Below, one piece after another: positions 1-14,300 of a stretch of 64,000 nucleotides of DNA (position 1 is its first letter; every line of letters starts with the position of its first letter). The notes below the pieces were generated by a model. That model had not been told where the DNA came from, made no database searches, and saw nothing but the letters and a program-made list of their open reading frames with translations. The translations under genes and the position numbers were made by a program. The DNA comes from Lama glama (Eukaryota): positions 22,570,001-22,634,000 of the forward strand of contig CM052817.1 of the NCBI GenBank assembly GCA_028534125.1, in the 5' to 3' direction.

Positions 1-367
1 TCTAAAATAATGAGATTTAAAACATTTTTCTACAAAAATATAACTTAACTTTCTTAATTATTTTTTACCACTCTGTGTTTGCCAAGGCCAAATTATTCAC
101 AGCATGTAAATGTTCTAGTTTCAAAATAAGAGGTTAAATATTATAAAATAGAACAAGAAACCATCACAGAGAAAAATAATGTTTCTCATTAACCAGAAAT
201 TAATATTTTTGATTCTGTTATAAATACTTCTACGGTAAATCAAAATAATTACATGCATTTTAAAATAAGTAGTTATATGTAAGTAATTAATAATTAAAGT
301 ATTGACATATATATATGTTCATATCATCTGAGAGATTGTGATGAGTTCTTTGCATGAATTACTTTAT

Positions 368-867
368 NNNNNNNNNNNNNNNNNNNNNNNNNNNNNNNNN
401 NNNNNNNNNNNNNNNNNNNNNNNNNNNNNNNNNNNNNNNNNNNNNNNNNNNNNNNNNNNNNNNNNNNNNNNNNNNNNNNNNNNNNNNNNNNNNNNNNNNN
501 NNNNNNNNNNNNNNNNNNNNNNNNNNNNNNNNNNNNNNNNNNNNNNNNNNNNNNNNNNNNNNNNNNNNNNNNNNNNNNNNNNNNNNNNNNNNNNNNNNNN
601 NNNNNNNNNNNNNNNNNNNNNNNNNNNNNNNNNNNNNNNNNNNNNNNNNNNNNNNNNNNNNNNNNNNNNNNNNNNNNNNNNNNNNNNNNNNNNNNNNNNN
701 NNNNNNNNNNNNNNNNNNNNNNNNNNNNNNNNNNNNNNNNNNNNNNNNNNNNNNNNNNNNNNNNNNNNNNNNNNNNNNNNNNNNNNNNNNNNNNNNNNNN
801 NNNNNNNNNNNNNNNNNNNNNNNNNNNNNNNNNNNNNNNNNNNNNNNNNNNNNNNNNNNNNNNNNNN
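368..867. other. Assembly gap of 500 N (others at 17359-17858, 41209-41708, 47238-47337 and 61760-61859)
   Basis: Round-number N runs. Confidence 1.
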
Positions 868-3511
868 AAAAAAAGAAATGTATAGATAATTGTAACTACC
901 TATAACATAATTTCAAAAATAATCAACATAATATTATAATACATATGAATGAGAAATAAAATCAAAGTCATAATAAATGATTCATATTAATTATTGTGCT
1001 TAGTTAAATAAAATATGCACTGATAATGAGTAGATATCCCTTTTTCTCTTTTCTATATGGAAAACATTTGAGTTCAAATATAAACTTTCTTTTCAGTGAA
1101 ACTTTTATGTTCTGTTCCAATAACTTGCAGAAGTGACACAGGCAGAAATGAACAGTTATTTTTCAGGAATTTTGGTCCTCACATACACACATATATTTAA
1201 TAATAGTTAAAGACTTTTTACAACTTACTGTTGACAAAAACTGTAAATTAAATAGGTGAAATTTCAGTGTGAGTTTCATGATTTTCAATTCTTTCCCAAA
1301 CATAATACAAAAATGTTTATTTAAGAGATTAATATTTAGTCCCTCTACTCTTACCAAGAATTTTACAACTCCTTTCTAAGGTTTTGGCTTACCAGCGTAA
1401 TTGAATTAAAATATTTTAATCACAAATTTTTTTCTTGTTATTTATTTTTAAGTAGACATTATGTAAGATTAATACAATTTTTCATTTGACCTTAAGTTGT
1501 GAATTACCTAAAGTTTTGATTCATTTAGTAGCCCCTCTCTTGGCTGAATGGAGGAGCTTATCAAATTTAGAAAAGTCATCTCAAAGAACTAATAAGTATT
1601 TGAATAATAATAATATTCTCTAAGGAATAGACTTTCATAGAAGTGAAGTGAGAAATATGAGCACAAATCAAATAAAACCTGAGCCCATCCATTTTTTTTC
1701 TTCTATTGCCTCACAGCAAACTACTACTATGCATAAAGTTCAAGACAAAGTAAAAGAAATGATGGTAATCATTTTTTCCTAAATAATTTGTAATTCAGGG
1801 TTGGGGGAAGGTGAATTTGCAGCCTGTTAGCTCTACTATAGCTTGGAGAAGTGACCCAGCTCCCTGGGCCAAGTTAAATTCTTACAGGTTGAGCAAGCAA
1901 TAGGTTAGCAAATGGAAGAGACAGACAGCTCTGATGGCCCCAAACTCAAGTTCTGTTTCTAACTCAATCTCTTATTAGCTCAACAAATTTCTCAAATTCT
2001 CTGTCTCTTAGTTTCCTTCACCTGTAAAATGAAAGTGATAGTAAAAACAAACAACAACAATAACAACAACACATTGCTCTTGTCTGAATTAACTGAGTTA
2101 CTACATTTAAAGAACATTGTGGAATAGCTGGCACATGGTAAACACATCAAAAAGAAGTATGAGAGATTTGATATAACTAATAGCTAAAAAATAAACTGAA
2201 ATGCATTTGAATGATTGAGTATAAATGGACATTTATATAATTTATTATAATCTCAACTGATGTCAGAAAGGAAATATTTCATAAAATTCTACATTAACTC
2301 ATTTAGGACAACTAAGAGTAGAAGTCATACATTAGTATAAGACTATGTGACATATGATAATTAAATCATTTTACTTATATTTGGCAGTTAATATATTTAT
2401 ACCATTCAAAGAATACTATATATATTGTTCTCCACTATGGTTTCTTTACTTGACAATTCATTTTGGACTCAGGTATATATACATAATACATACATTTTTA
2501 CACATACACACTTGTATACGTACACACCCTAGCACATGCACACACACTTTTTGCATTAATGGTTGAATAGTACCCATTGAATGGATGCATCTAAATTTAA
2601 TAAGCCAGCCCCTTATATATCTATATGTTTAGACATTTTAGTTTGGGCATTTAAAATGTTTCCAATATTTAGTTAGCAAATAAAATCAATGCACATACAT
2701 ACACTGCAAAATATGAAAGACCTTTATTACTAGAATCATTTTCAGTCCAGTGTGTTTTTAATCTTTTTAACCAAGCTAAACTTACAGGTGAAAAACACTG
2801 TATAACTCTAGTTTAACTTGCATTTACCTTATAATAAATGAGTTTTAACATCTCTTCATGTGTTTACAAAATTTTCACTTATGATTCATGTTACTCATTG
2901 TTCATTTCATTTGCAAAGTTATTTCTTCTTTAGCAATTACTTACTGAGCAACTACTATGTATATGTCCTCTTGCAGGTGCTGAAGATGTATCAGTTAAGT
3001 CAGACAGATAAAAACTCCTGCACTTATGGAGCTTCCATTTTTCTATTGCATTTTTGGTATTTATCTTTCTGACTTGTAGTATCTTTATTATGTTACATTT
3101 TCTCAGTTTGTCATAGCTTCATATACACTGATAATCACCAAAGTATAAGTACAATGAGATAAAGGATGCTATTTGCAATAACAAGCAAAATAATACATGG
3201 TGATAAAACTAACAAAAAAAAAGGTGTAAAATCTAGAAAATCTTTAAAATTCTACTAAGGGAGAAAAACATAGACTTAAATATAGACACACATGATTTTC
3301 GAGATGAATATTACAGATGTACGTTTCCTATAAGTTATTCTATAATTTGAAAAAAACAATAAAATAACTACAGGGATTCTGGTAAGTATAGAAGCAGATT
3401 CTATAGTTTCTATTAAATATTTCAAAGTCAAGAATAAATAAGAAAAGTCTGAAAAATGGAACAATGGTAGATGACCAACCCTGCAAGATATATCTCCACT
3501 TAATTCAACAG

Positions 3512-3873
3512 TGATATGGTCTGAATGTTTTTGTCCCTCCCAAATTCATATGTTGAACACATAATCCCCAAAGATGATGGTATTCAGAGGTGGACTTTTG
3601 GAAGGAGCTTAGGTCGTGAGGGCAGAACTCTCACGAATGATGATGTCTTTATAAAAGAAGTTCTAGAAAGATCTCCAACCCCTTCCATCATGAAAGGGCA
3701 CAGCAAGAAGTTGTTAGCTATGAACCAGAAACAGCGCCTTTATCAGAATGTGATCATGCAGGCACCTTGATCTGGGATTACACAGGCTCCACAATGTGAG
3801 AAATAAATTTTTCTTGTTTATAAGCTATCCCGTCTTCGGTATCTTATTGTAGCAGCCCAAAGAGCCTGAGACA
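3512..3873 (+). mobile_element. MaLR LTR (MLT1A/MST-like)
   Basis: Starts TGATATGGTCTGAATGTT..CCCAAATTCATATGTTGAA and ends AATAAATTTT..TTGTAGCAGCCCAA..GACA; ACAG on both flanks. Confidence 0.8.
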
Positions 3874-3877
3874 ACAG

Positions 3878-4715
3878 TCTGGCTGCAGCTGAAATTATAT
3901 GGGCACTAGTGGATGACTATAGACTACTGCAAAGTCAACCAAGTAGTAACCCAGTAGCTCTAATTACACACTATGTGCCAGACATGGTGTCTTTACTAGA
4001 GAAAACAGTACGACTGCAGATACATGGTATATGATCGCTGATTAGAAAATGCTTTCTTTTTCCTCCCAATCAAAAAAGTGAACGGGAAATTATTTGCATT
4101 TACATGCCATGGGAAGAAACAGATAATTACAGCTTTGCTACAGGTCCGGTTAACTCTCTTGCCCTCTGTCATAACACAGTTTGCAGACATCTGAACTCTA
4201 AATGTCCTCAAAAGTCGCCATTGATTCCATCTCCTATGTTAATGATACTGTATTCATCAGGCTGAATGAAGAAGTGGTTAACGTGGGGGAGGCCTTTGTA
4301 AGACGCCTGAGTTCCAGTGATTGGGAAATTAACTCTAGAACAATTGAGGGGCTAGCCAAACTTGTAAAATTGGTAGGGGTCTAGTGGCCAGGTGTATGTG
4401 GGGATATCCTCTGCAAAGTTAAAGACAAATGTTTCCATCTTTCAACTCAACCAAAGGAAGCACAAAGCCTGGAAGGCCACTTTGGCTTCTAAAAGCAGCC
4501 TATTCCACAACAAAGAATGTTCTGACTCGGAAACCAGGCAATGCGAAAGGCAGCTAACTTTGAACTGAGCACAGAGCATGGAAGGGCTCTGTCACATGTC
4601 CAGGCTGTAGTGCAAGTAGCCCTACTGCTTGGACCATAAGATCTGGTGAAGCCTAAGCTGTGGGAGAAGATGCCATCTGCATTTTATATGACGCTCCAGT
4701 GGGAAAATCACAGGA
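3878..4715 (+). mobile_element. Ancient ERV-L pol (reverse transcriptase) fragment
   Basis: Degenerate translations MTIDYCKVNQVVT, VPDMVSLLE, NAFF, NSLALCHN, YVND (YIDD-like), WEINSRTIEG, KVKDK, VQAVVQVALLLGP resemble ERV-L RT. Confidence 0.8.
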
Positions 4716-5524
4716 GCTGATCACTAATAAACATCTTACCCTGGAAACTCTGTCTCAGTATCTGTATTTCAAAAACCCAGTTTGTGACAATAATCTATCA
4801 TGCAGCTGACAAAAATATAGATTTTTAATAAATATTTGTTAAACAAACAAAAGGGTACAAAAATGAATGGACAACCTATTTGACAGTTTTGTAATGTGCC
4901 GACATAGCTGGGCTAAATACATCATCAGAAGTATCTTCCTTGTATGTTTCTAGTAGAGGTGGGCCACAAGAGATTCTTGGGGAAGGTAGAAAGAAGGAAG
5001 CCATCGATTTTATAATCGGTACATGTTGCTCTTGATTCGCTGACAACGTTGCTGGCATAAAGCAACATCTGGGCGGCAATTGCTTTACCTTCCCTCAATT
5101 CTTTTTTCAGTTTTCCTGACTCCTGGGCCAGATGTGGATGTTTCTCAACTTGACAAAGGGCCCTTGCTTCTGCAGAATGACCTTTACAAAGGTTAGAGGA
5201 ACCAAGAACAGAGAGGAACTTCAGTTTGTCCTCTGAGGATCCCAGGTTGTGTTGAAAGGGTTCCAACATGTTCCTGATCCTCTCTTCCTTTTAATAAATC
5301 AATTATATATACACACATAAATATATATATGAAACAAAAAGACAAACACACATATGCCTATACACAAGAATACACACACACATATCCTTCTGTCTCTGCT
5401 TCTCTGGTTGAACCTCAAATGATACAATCAACAAATCAACATTAGAAATGGTTCAAATACATGGGGCTTCTTACATATGTTAATAGGAAATTTAATTAGT
5501 ACTCTAAGGTAGATCATGCTATTC

Positions 5525-5665
5525 TTTTTTTTTTTTTGATTAAAAAAAATTGGGGGGAGGTAATTAGGTTTATTTATTTATTCATTTTCATGGAGGTCCT
5601 GGGGGTTGAATCCAGGACCTTGTATATGCTAAGCACACACTCTACCATTGAGCTATACCCTCCCA
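5525..5665 (-). mobile_element. tRNA-derived SINE, Vic-1-like (camelid)
   Basis: Minus strand GGGAGGGTATAGCTCAATGGTAGAG..GGATTCAACCCC, A-rich tail, degenerate TSD ATCATG(C/T)TA(T/C)TC. Confidence 0.8.
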
Positions 5666-5719
5666 CCAATCATGTTACTCAGAGTACAAATCCTTTCAGT
5701 GACCGACAACACTCAACAC

Positions 5720-6200
5720 AATCTGATTCCCCACTAACTTGCTCACCTTATCTCCTACCACTCTTCTTATGTTAAATCAACCTCAGTTGATTGACTGCCT
5801 TCATCTTCAAATATAACACATCCCCCTGGCTCAGAGCTTTTACGTTGCTGTTTCCTTATCTCTGGAGCACAGTTCTCTCAGATATCCATCCTTATGGCTC
5901 CCTCTCTCCTATCCTTCAAGTGAAAGCTCAAATGTTTTCTATCTGGGAGGGCTTCCCTGACCACCTGTATAAAATAGCAAATTTGCCATCATTCATTTTT
6001 TTTTCCATAGCATTTATCTCTGTTTTACAAAGGATAAGTCAATTTTTCTACTCATTTATTTTTTGTCTAACTGGAATGAAGACTCCAGGCAAATGTGAAC
6101 ATCATCTATTGTTTATTGTGTCTCCAATGGCTACAGCAATGGTTAACCTATAGTAAATATTTGGTAAGTATTTTTGAATAAATTAATGAAAGTGAATGAA
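5720..6200 (+). mobile_element. L2 3' fragment
   Basis: CTCAAATGTT..GGCTTCCCTGACCACC..ending TGAATAAATTAATGAAAGTGAATGAAT. Confidence 0.6.
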
Positions 6201-9200
6201 TAAAAATATGAATCAAAATGATAAATAAGTACATTTTCTTTGAGGCTACAATTTTGCCTCTATGACTGATTTAAAATATCATAGTCTCAAAATTTACCTG
6301 CACAGATAAAATTGTAGCATAATTTATAATTGCAAAATTGAAAGGACAGGCAATACCAGAAACTCATCAAAGAAGTACTGTGCATCTGGTCTACCTATGA
6401 TGGAATTTAAGTGTCTGTTTAATGCTATGGAAACATTTCCTTGCTATTTTGGTCAGTGAAAAAAGCAATTTATAGCAAAGTATGTAAGGGTTTTAAGACT
6501 GTGAAAGTGAGAAATTTCCTTTTTATTATGCACAGTTCTATACTGGTTAATCTGATTTTTACTACGCTCTCCCATTGCTTTTACAATTGAATTCTTCATG
6601 TAGGTTTACTTAAAATACACACACACAAACACTAAATCTACTGGTACAACATGAATGCCAGTGACAGTAATACTGAAGCTAATTATAAGAATGACCTTCC
6701 TGAGAACAGAACAATATTTCTTCCCTGATCTGCTCCAGCATTCAGAACTCCAGTACTGTGCCTTAGACTAGATCTTTAAAAAATATTTGTTGATTGCATT
6801 ATTGAGATTTGAGTTCCACATATTAAGTAACACCACAAAAAGTTTCTTCTCATATTTATACTTCGTTCTTACTTTCATTTTCATCAAAACACACACACAC
6901 ACAACACAGTCACAATGAACAGTTATTCTGTTCTCTAGATAAAAAAGCAGTAGCTTGTAGAAGAGTCCCAAGAGATAAAATGCAATGACTACCAATACAG
7001 CAAAGCTCCCAGGGGAACTTTTGACTCAATTTTCCAACAGTGGCAGAGAAAAAAGAAACAGAGTTCTGTCAAATTCCAGAAAAGAACCATCCCATCCGGT
7101 CCCTGGAGAAATGCTGGGAGAATGGGCATTACTTTTGTCGCTTTTGAAGCCTTCGTCTCTCGATCCACTACTGCTGGCACTGCCCATTTAACTGCACCAT
7201 GACCTGCTTTGAAGGAAGAAATTCAGGGAAGACGAATGCCAGCTTGAAGTCCCCAAACACAGTATTCATATGGACCAGATCAAAAAGAAAAGAAATCATT
7301 TCAGGTCTGAGGGACTGCTGCTGAGCGAGTGAGACTAGAAGAGTCTGAAAGGACAGCGGATTGAAATAGCAGAAGTGATACTTTTATTCTGCCATCTTTG
7401 CAGAGGGATTCATTTTGGGACTGCTCAAAATGTTTTGCACCTTATAATCCTTAAAGTATTTTACAATCAGATTTTATTCTTTTTTGAGGGCCCCAGATTC
7501 TTGCACAAGGCTTCTACTTCCTTTCTGGGTTCGCATCACCATTTTGATAAAGTAAAATAATGTATTTATTTTCTGTCAAGTCATCAGAGAAATTACAGAA
7601 ATTTGCTGAACTGTATTAAAACTACCTAAGAATTTTCTAATAAATACTGAGTAATACACTGTCATTTTTTCTATTTTGTTAATAAGAACTATTAATCATC
7701 TAATATTTAACAGAATTAATTCCTCTGAGTAAATAAAGAACCTAATGACAAAATCTTCTAAAATATAGTAATGTTTTGTATGGAAAGTTAAAAAAATGCA
7801 AATGCTTGAAATTAAATGCCAGGCATTATTTACCTGATGCAATATATCTTATCACATCTAAGTATTTTAAATAATTCTACTGGCTATTCGGTGTTTTGAA
7901 AGAACATGAACTATTTCAATATTAATCAGTAAGTAACTTACTAGAAAAAATATTCTATTATTTTCTATGCTTCAAGATGATTTTATGTAAAAATCAAGAG
8001 TAAATTAAGTATTTAAAATTTTTATTTGTATATATTTATGTTTTATTTTATTAACTTACTGAAGTCTCTCCCCAATAAATTTTTTTCATTGAAAGAAATG
8101 TTAATACTCCAGTTGTTTCACTTGTCAGTGTGTTATCTTTTCGAGTTATTTTTTTGTGCCCTTTCCACTTCATCTCCTTGATTACCACATGATCATTCTT
8201 CTCTGTTAGTAATAAAGCATATGAATTTGAATAAGTTAAGGGCAATGTGAACAATCAGGGCTACAGCATTTGTCTAATGATACAGATTTTCTCACATCTT
8301 GAATTATAACCCCACTTCTGAACATTCAAATTCCAAGTCACATACTTACATTCAATTGATACTAAAGGATGAAATAATTTTGAATAGGTTTCTCAGCAGT
8401 TTACAGTTTTTAAAATCAAGATATTTTCTAAAATTTTTACTATTTTAAAAATTAATAATTAATTTTAGAAATCAATCAAAAGATAACAATTTTCAATTAG
8501 TATTTGTACACAAAATTTTGTCACTATTTTCCATGAATTTATTCTAAAATTGAGAAAACTAGAGGCTTATCAGGTTATTTGACATATGGTTTAGGCAGCC
8601 TAAATCTTTGTATTTTTTCATTTGCAGTTTTTAAAAACCTAAAATTAACCCTAAGTTTAAAATATTAAAATTCAGTAGAAAATGTAATGATAATGTAGAT
8701 TTCACACATTTTTTTCTAAAAAATATATTGTTATTCCTGAAATGTACCACTTATCAGGCAAAAGCTAGGTGAAGTTGAATGTTTATTTGTGATAATGAAA
8801 CAACAAATGATTTACTTGTGATGAAAATGTGATTACTATTTTGAAATTTCTTTGCCATTCAGCAGATACATGCGGGCTGACACCATGTTGCCTCAGGTAA
8901 ATAAAGATCTGTGCCTTAAAGGTCGCGCCTCTTTGCTCTGATGGCTTCTTAACATTTCTCATTTTACAATCTGACCCTTTTATCATTAATGCTGGTATCC
9001 CAGACCAGGGGTCTCAAGGGTACCATGAGACTTGGAAACATCTCACACTCATCTTTATAATAATCTTCTCTCACAGTGAAAGCTATGGACTGCATGTATT
9101 CAATAAAACAATTTAAATCGATACTCATTAAAAAGAATCAATGTGATTGGTAAGTCCCTGGGTAAGAGATTGCTTCAAAAAAAAAAAGTGTATAATAAAA

Positions 9201-9259
9201 AGAAAAAGAACTAGCTTATGTTTACTGTTGAGATAGTGAAGTAGCATTGTTTCTGCTTT

Positions 9260-9840
9260 TGTTACCCCAAAAAGGTAAATGCGTCGGTTCTTGTCATACC
9301 CAAAAGACAAGTTTGCAGTTGGGAGACAGAGCATTGGGAAGCGAAGGATTTCAAAGATTTATTTAAAAGGAAAGGAAAAGTACATCCCCAAGAATGGGAG
9401 GCAGGCTGATTCAAGAGAGGAAAAAGTGGCTGTTTTTATCTCCGTTTCCCTTATACCCTTGCTTAGAGGTGGTCTCTTGATTGATTGATGGCTCTTGTCC
9501 CTGGAGTGCTTAGTCATGCTTGGCCCCTTTGCGCATGTCCTCACCCACAGTGTACACAGAAAAACCATGGTGGAGGGGTGCTAACCACAATGTTAATTAT
9601 AATACAATGAACATTGGTTATATCAGGTTAAGTCCTTTCTGCTACCGCGCAGTCATGGCTATCGGTTTTAACCAGTGTTGTTTTTGTTGTGTTTTTGTTT
9701 TTGTTTTTGTTTTGTTGCCACTCACTTAGAAGAAGTAAAGTCCCTTTATGCTAGAGGTAGGCATAACGCCACCTTCCAGACCATCCTCCTTCTCCTCCAC
9801 CTACCTGCCCGGTGCCCCTACTTATCTTAACTACCTAACA
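9260..9840 (-). mobile_element. Solo LTR, ERV1-like
   Basis: TGTTA...TAACA termini; 4-bp TSD CTTT at 9256-9259 and 9841-9844; orientation is tentative. Confidence 0.8.
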
Positions 9841-10259
9841 CTTTCTTGCCCCAAATCTATCCTCAGATAGGTGAAAAAAACAAAAACCAAAAACTCTGAG
9901 AAATCTTTGGGGAAACTGAGAGTAGATATTAACTCTTGTAGATGTACCTGAGTTAGAAGGTGGCAACGGTAATGTATTGAAGGAAATATCAATTTTGTTC
10001 ATGTTTTCCTAATTACCATGTGAGAATCACTACCTGACACTTTGACAGAGAAGTCAGAAGGAACCAGACCATAGATTTCAGTGGGATCCAGGATCCTGAA
10101 AGAGCTCACATAGAAAGAGAAATTGATGAACATTCTTGAGACTGGCAACTTGGCAATGACTAGTGAAAACTTGGCTAACTCCACCCACTTTGCCAAACTC
10201 CTATGGTAGATTACCAGCTAGAAAGAATGCCACTTTTCAGCACTAACTTTTAATTTAAG

Positions 10260-11300
10260 AGTTTACAGTTCATATGTCCTTCTGACTATGATAGAGTAAC
10301 AAAGACCAAAATTACCCGTCACCCTTTCTCCTTAAACAACCAAAAATAAATAAACTGGAGACAATATATGAATATACAAACAAGCAGTTTTCAGACATTT
10401 CAGAACAGGGAAGTGATCCCTGAAAGAAAAGAAACAAACAAGGTGAGCCCTACAGTTGTCTCAGCTGATGCCCTGGGGAGAGTTTCTAGGCAGCAAGTGA
10501 AACTAAATAGAGCCAGAAGCCTCCCTAAGTTGAGGAGACAAAGCTCAAGGAGGCAGCGTCAGCTACATTCAGCTCATGGGGCAGAGTCCCGAGAGAACAG
10601 CGCTGCAGGGAGAAACGGCTCTGGGGACTTTAGCTGAGTGCTTATTTTATTGAATTTTATTAACAACTATCAAAGCCAGGAAAGAACCAACAGAAGGGAG
10701 CAATGGAACAATGGCTAGAGTTCACCCAAGGCCTGGGATAGATTGTGGTTCCACCAGCCAGAGTGGAAAGATACTCACAAAAAATGACAATATATGCCCA
10801 CATAAAGACTTGTACTCAAATGGTTAGAGCAGTTGTTTTTCCCCTCTAATAGCCCCAAACAGGAAATAACCCAATGTCCACCAATGGGTGCATAGATTAA
10901 AAAATTACAATGTATTCTATCCATAAACTGGCATACTGCTCAGCCATAAATAATGAACAGACTATTGATACACAGTCATTATCCTAAATGAAAGAAGCCA
11001 GACAAGAAAAGAGTACACACTATGTGATTTTATTAATATGAGCTTCCAATAAATGCAAACTAATCTGCAGTGACACAAAACAATCATTTGCTGTCTGAAG
11101 CATGGGTTTTAAAAAAGAAAATTATAAAAAGTCATTAGGACATTTGGGGGTGATGAATTATTCATTATCCTAACTTTATTGACGTGTTTATTCTGTATAT
11201 TTACATTAATATTCATTAATGTTAATATTGATTTTAAATATATGCAGTTTATCTTACATTATTTGGTTTTTTTTTTACAGTTTTATTAACTTATACCTTA
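10260..11300 (+). mobile_element. Old L1 (L1M-type) fragments
   Basis: 3'-end motifs AAAGACTTGTACTCAAATG..CCCCAAAC..ACCCAATGTCCA..GAAAGAAGCCAGACA; the upstream part resembles an L1M 5' region. Confidence 0.6.
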
Positions 11301-14300
11301 AAATCTATAAAATATAATAGAATCAATGGAGAAGGGCTTTATTTTATGTTATATCTACTTATAAATGTCTGATAGAAAGGTTAAGATTAATTTGTTAGTA
11401 GAGTAGTTACTACCACGCTGGTAATATTTATTTATCAATATAATCAATAGAAATTCACAGATGTTTTACAATTTATCTTCCTTTTATGAGAGTCTAGAAT
11501 CAATCAGTTTGTCAGGCAACATCACCCACAAAATAGAAAATATGACATGTAACCTGCTAGTAATGAGATTTCACAAGCACATTTAATTCACAAACATGAC
11601 CTCCAGAAAAAAAGAGAACAGTTGCTTTCTAATGGTTTTATACGAAATTATTTTTTCTAAATATCTTTCTGTCACATATTCGTCATTAATAACATCCTTT
11701 ATAAAATAAAAAGTAGAATCCCTGATTTGTTTTCCACTTACAGAATGTACTGGAAAGTTCTCTGTCAATATTGTTCTAACTTTGCGAAGACAGTGTTTTT
11801 TAATCTAAATGATTTTTCTGCTGCTAGCAGCATATGCAATCCCAAGATAAACAACTACTATGCTGACTAATATTTTGCTTCTAACAGAAAGGCAGCAACT
11901 TGATAAATCATAAGTAAATGAGTGCAAACTATGATTTTATTTGAATTTAATTTCTCCTCACAGAATTTTTTAAGGAAGCCATCATATTTTACTCATACTG
12001 TTGTTAGTATCATGAATTATAATGATACTGCCTCTGCTCTGGCAAAGCTTCTAGAAAGGGCTTCGTAAACAATTATGTAAGTTGCATAAAGGGATACGTA
12101 TGATGGACCGATCTATTCATATTTTTAAGAGGATTCAGCCAAAATAAGTAAAAAGTAAAAGAAAACTGACAGAAATTTGGGAACATTATTAAACTGGATA
12201 ATTTGGTGTTTATCAGAAGAAGCAGAATCTTTACTCTTATTTCCTTTTTCAAACAAGAACTGCTTCCAAATCAGCAGAGTTAAAATATCAATTAGTATTT
12301 ACTATAAAGCAGCGTCAAAGAGGACACAAACAATGGATTGCAGTGTTCCCAGTTTATGAGAACATACGTTGTTTCCTTTACTGTGGGGTGAATTTATTAA
12401 ACATAAAACTCGTATGTTTAGCTGCATGGCAACTTCATTTACAATATTCGATTCCATGTCATTTAGATACCAACATTTTTTTCCTAATTCACATTTTACC
12501 TCTACAGTGGATTTAGGTCAATAAGCCATCTCTTCAACAAAGCCAGAACCAAACAAACTTGTTTGGGAGTATCCACAAATCCATTCTACCTGTTGTCTCT
12601 CCCACAGATTTCATCAGTTTTCCCCCCCGCCGCATAAATGCAGCACGATTCTGTATTCTACAGCTCCATCTTGTGTCATGCTGTTATTGAAAATGATTTC
12701 CTTTTTCCTCTGAGCTGGGTAATTTTATTTCTGCTCTTTGAGGACACTGAATGATGACAAGGTGGGCTAAATGTAAGTGCTTGGACAAATATTCTGAACA
12801 AATGTTAATAATGGCCAGATGGGAGCTGCAACTAATGTGAGATGCACGTGGGGCTCTTTCAATCAAGCTCACTGGTAAACGGCTTCTCAGGGCATCACCT
12901 TTCCTGTCTCCTTTCCTCCCAGTTCCTGTGTGACAAGTGCCATCAGTGGTGCGTTACACTGGCCAGCTGCTTTGGTCTGCAGACAACACTCATTCTTTCT
13001 CTTTGTATTCCTTCTTTGAAAATAAAATGGGTCTTGACAGTGGATTTTTCTTACCAGCATGTCCACTTTTCACTATGTCCAATTTTTTGTATATGACATG
13101 CTGGTTAGTTTGAGAAAATGGTATTGTTCAGACTTTTTTTTTTTTTTTTGGCTAGTGTGTTTACCAAGTTAAAATGTACAAGTCTGTACAGTTTAAGGAA
13201 CATTTCCTGAAAGTCCTTGAGACAGGGCCACTACTGAGAAAAGCTGAAAGCACAGATTTTCGTCAGTGGAGCATGAAGATGACTAAGAAAATGACCTCAA
13301 TTTAGCATTTTAAGTGATCCAACTGCAACAGCAGTAGAAACCGTTATAGGCAAATTGTATGCTCTTTCCTTAATATTTCGACTTTCTTTTAATTGCATAT
13401 AATTGTCCTCGGGTTCCTGAAAAAATCATTCACTGACAATTATATATCCAAAGAATGAGCTGGGTTTTTTAATAAGAATAATGTAACTATATTTTTAGCC
13501 ATTCAAATACGAACAACACTGTTACCAAAACTTGAATAAGGTTTATACAATTTTAAGCACATTGTGAATACTCAAATTTTTAAATATAAAGCTATCATTA
13601 CTTCACATAGCTAATATCAACTGGTAGGAAAAAAAAAGTCATTCCAATAAAATTTAATTGCATTTGTCAAACAGGCAGTGCTATTATTTAAATGTGCTTT
13701 TATGTCTTATTTGGGAAGATATCTAGGTTTTACTTAATTCCTGAGAGGATAATGGATTAACCCAGATAAAAAAATACTGCTCATTGTTATAATTTTTGTA
13801 GTTCGAAGTTTGAGAGGTATTAAAAGTTAACTCGATATATAAATGTTTCATTTATTCATCTATCCCCCTTTTCATTTTCACTAACAAATTAAAAAACATC
13901 GTGCTATTCATGGGGATCGTGGTGTAGGTATGTGGATGTGTGCCTGTGTGCTTTTTTTGAAGAAACAATCAATTCTTTATTTTCAATACAAGCATTATCT
14001 TAACCAACTGCAATTCATTGTGAATGACTAACTTTGGCACAAACTATTGAATGAATTATCCAAAAGTTCTCCAAATTGTTAATGTTTCATGATATCAATC
14101 CCACTGCTTGGAAATTACTTCTGATAAATATGGCTTAGACCATAATTAACTTTATCTACATAAGACTTACATTGTTTAAAATACTAATGAAAATTTTAAA
14201 ACGCATTGTATGCCACATTCTATATAATGGGTGATTAATAGTAGATTAATTCTTATTTAAAACTTGTCTCTCATCTATGTGCAAAAGCAATAGAAGCAAC

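Noticed and set aside
338..905. Long ORFs crossing N runs (also at 17.2-17.9 kb, 41.0-41.8 kb, 47.1-47.4 kb)
   Set aside because: Artefacts of N codons having no stops.
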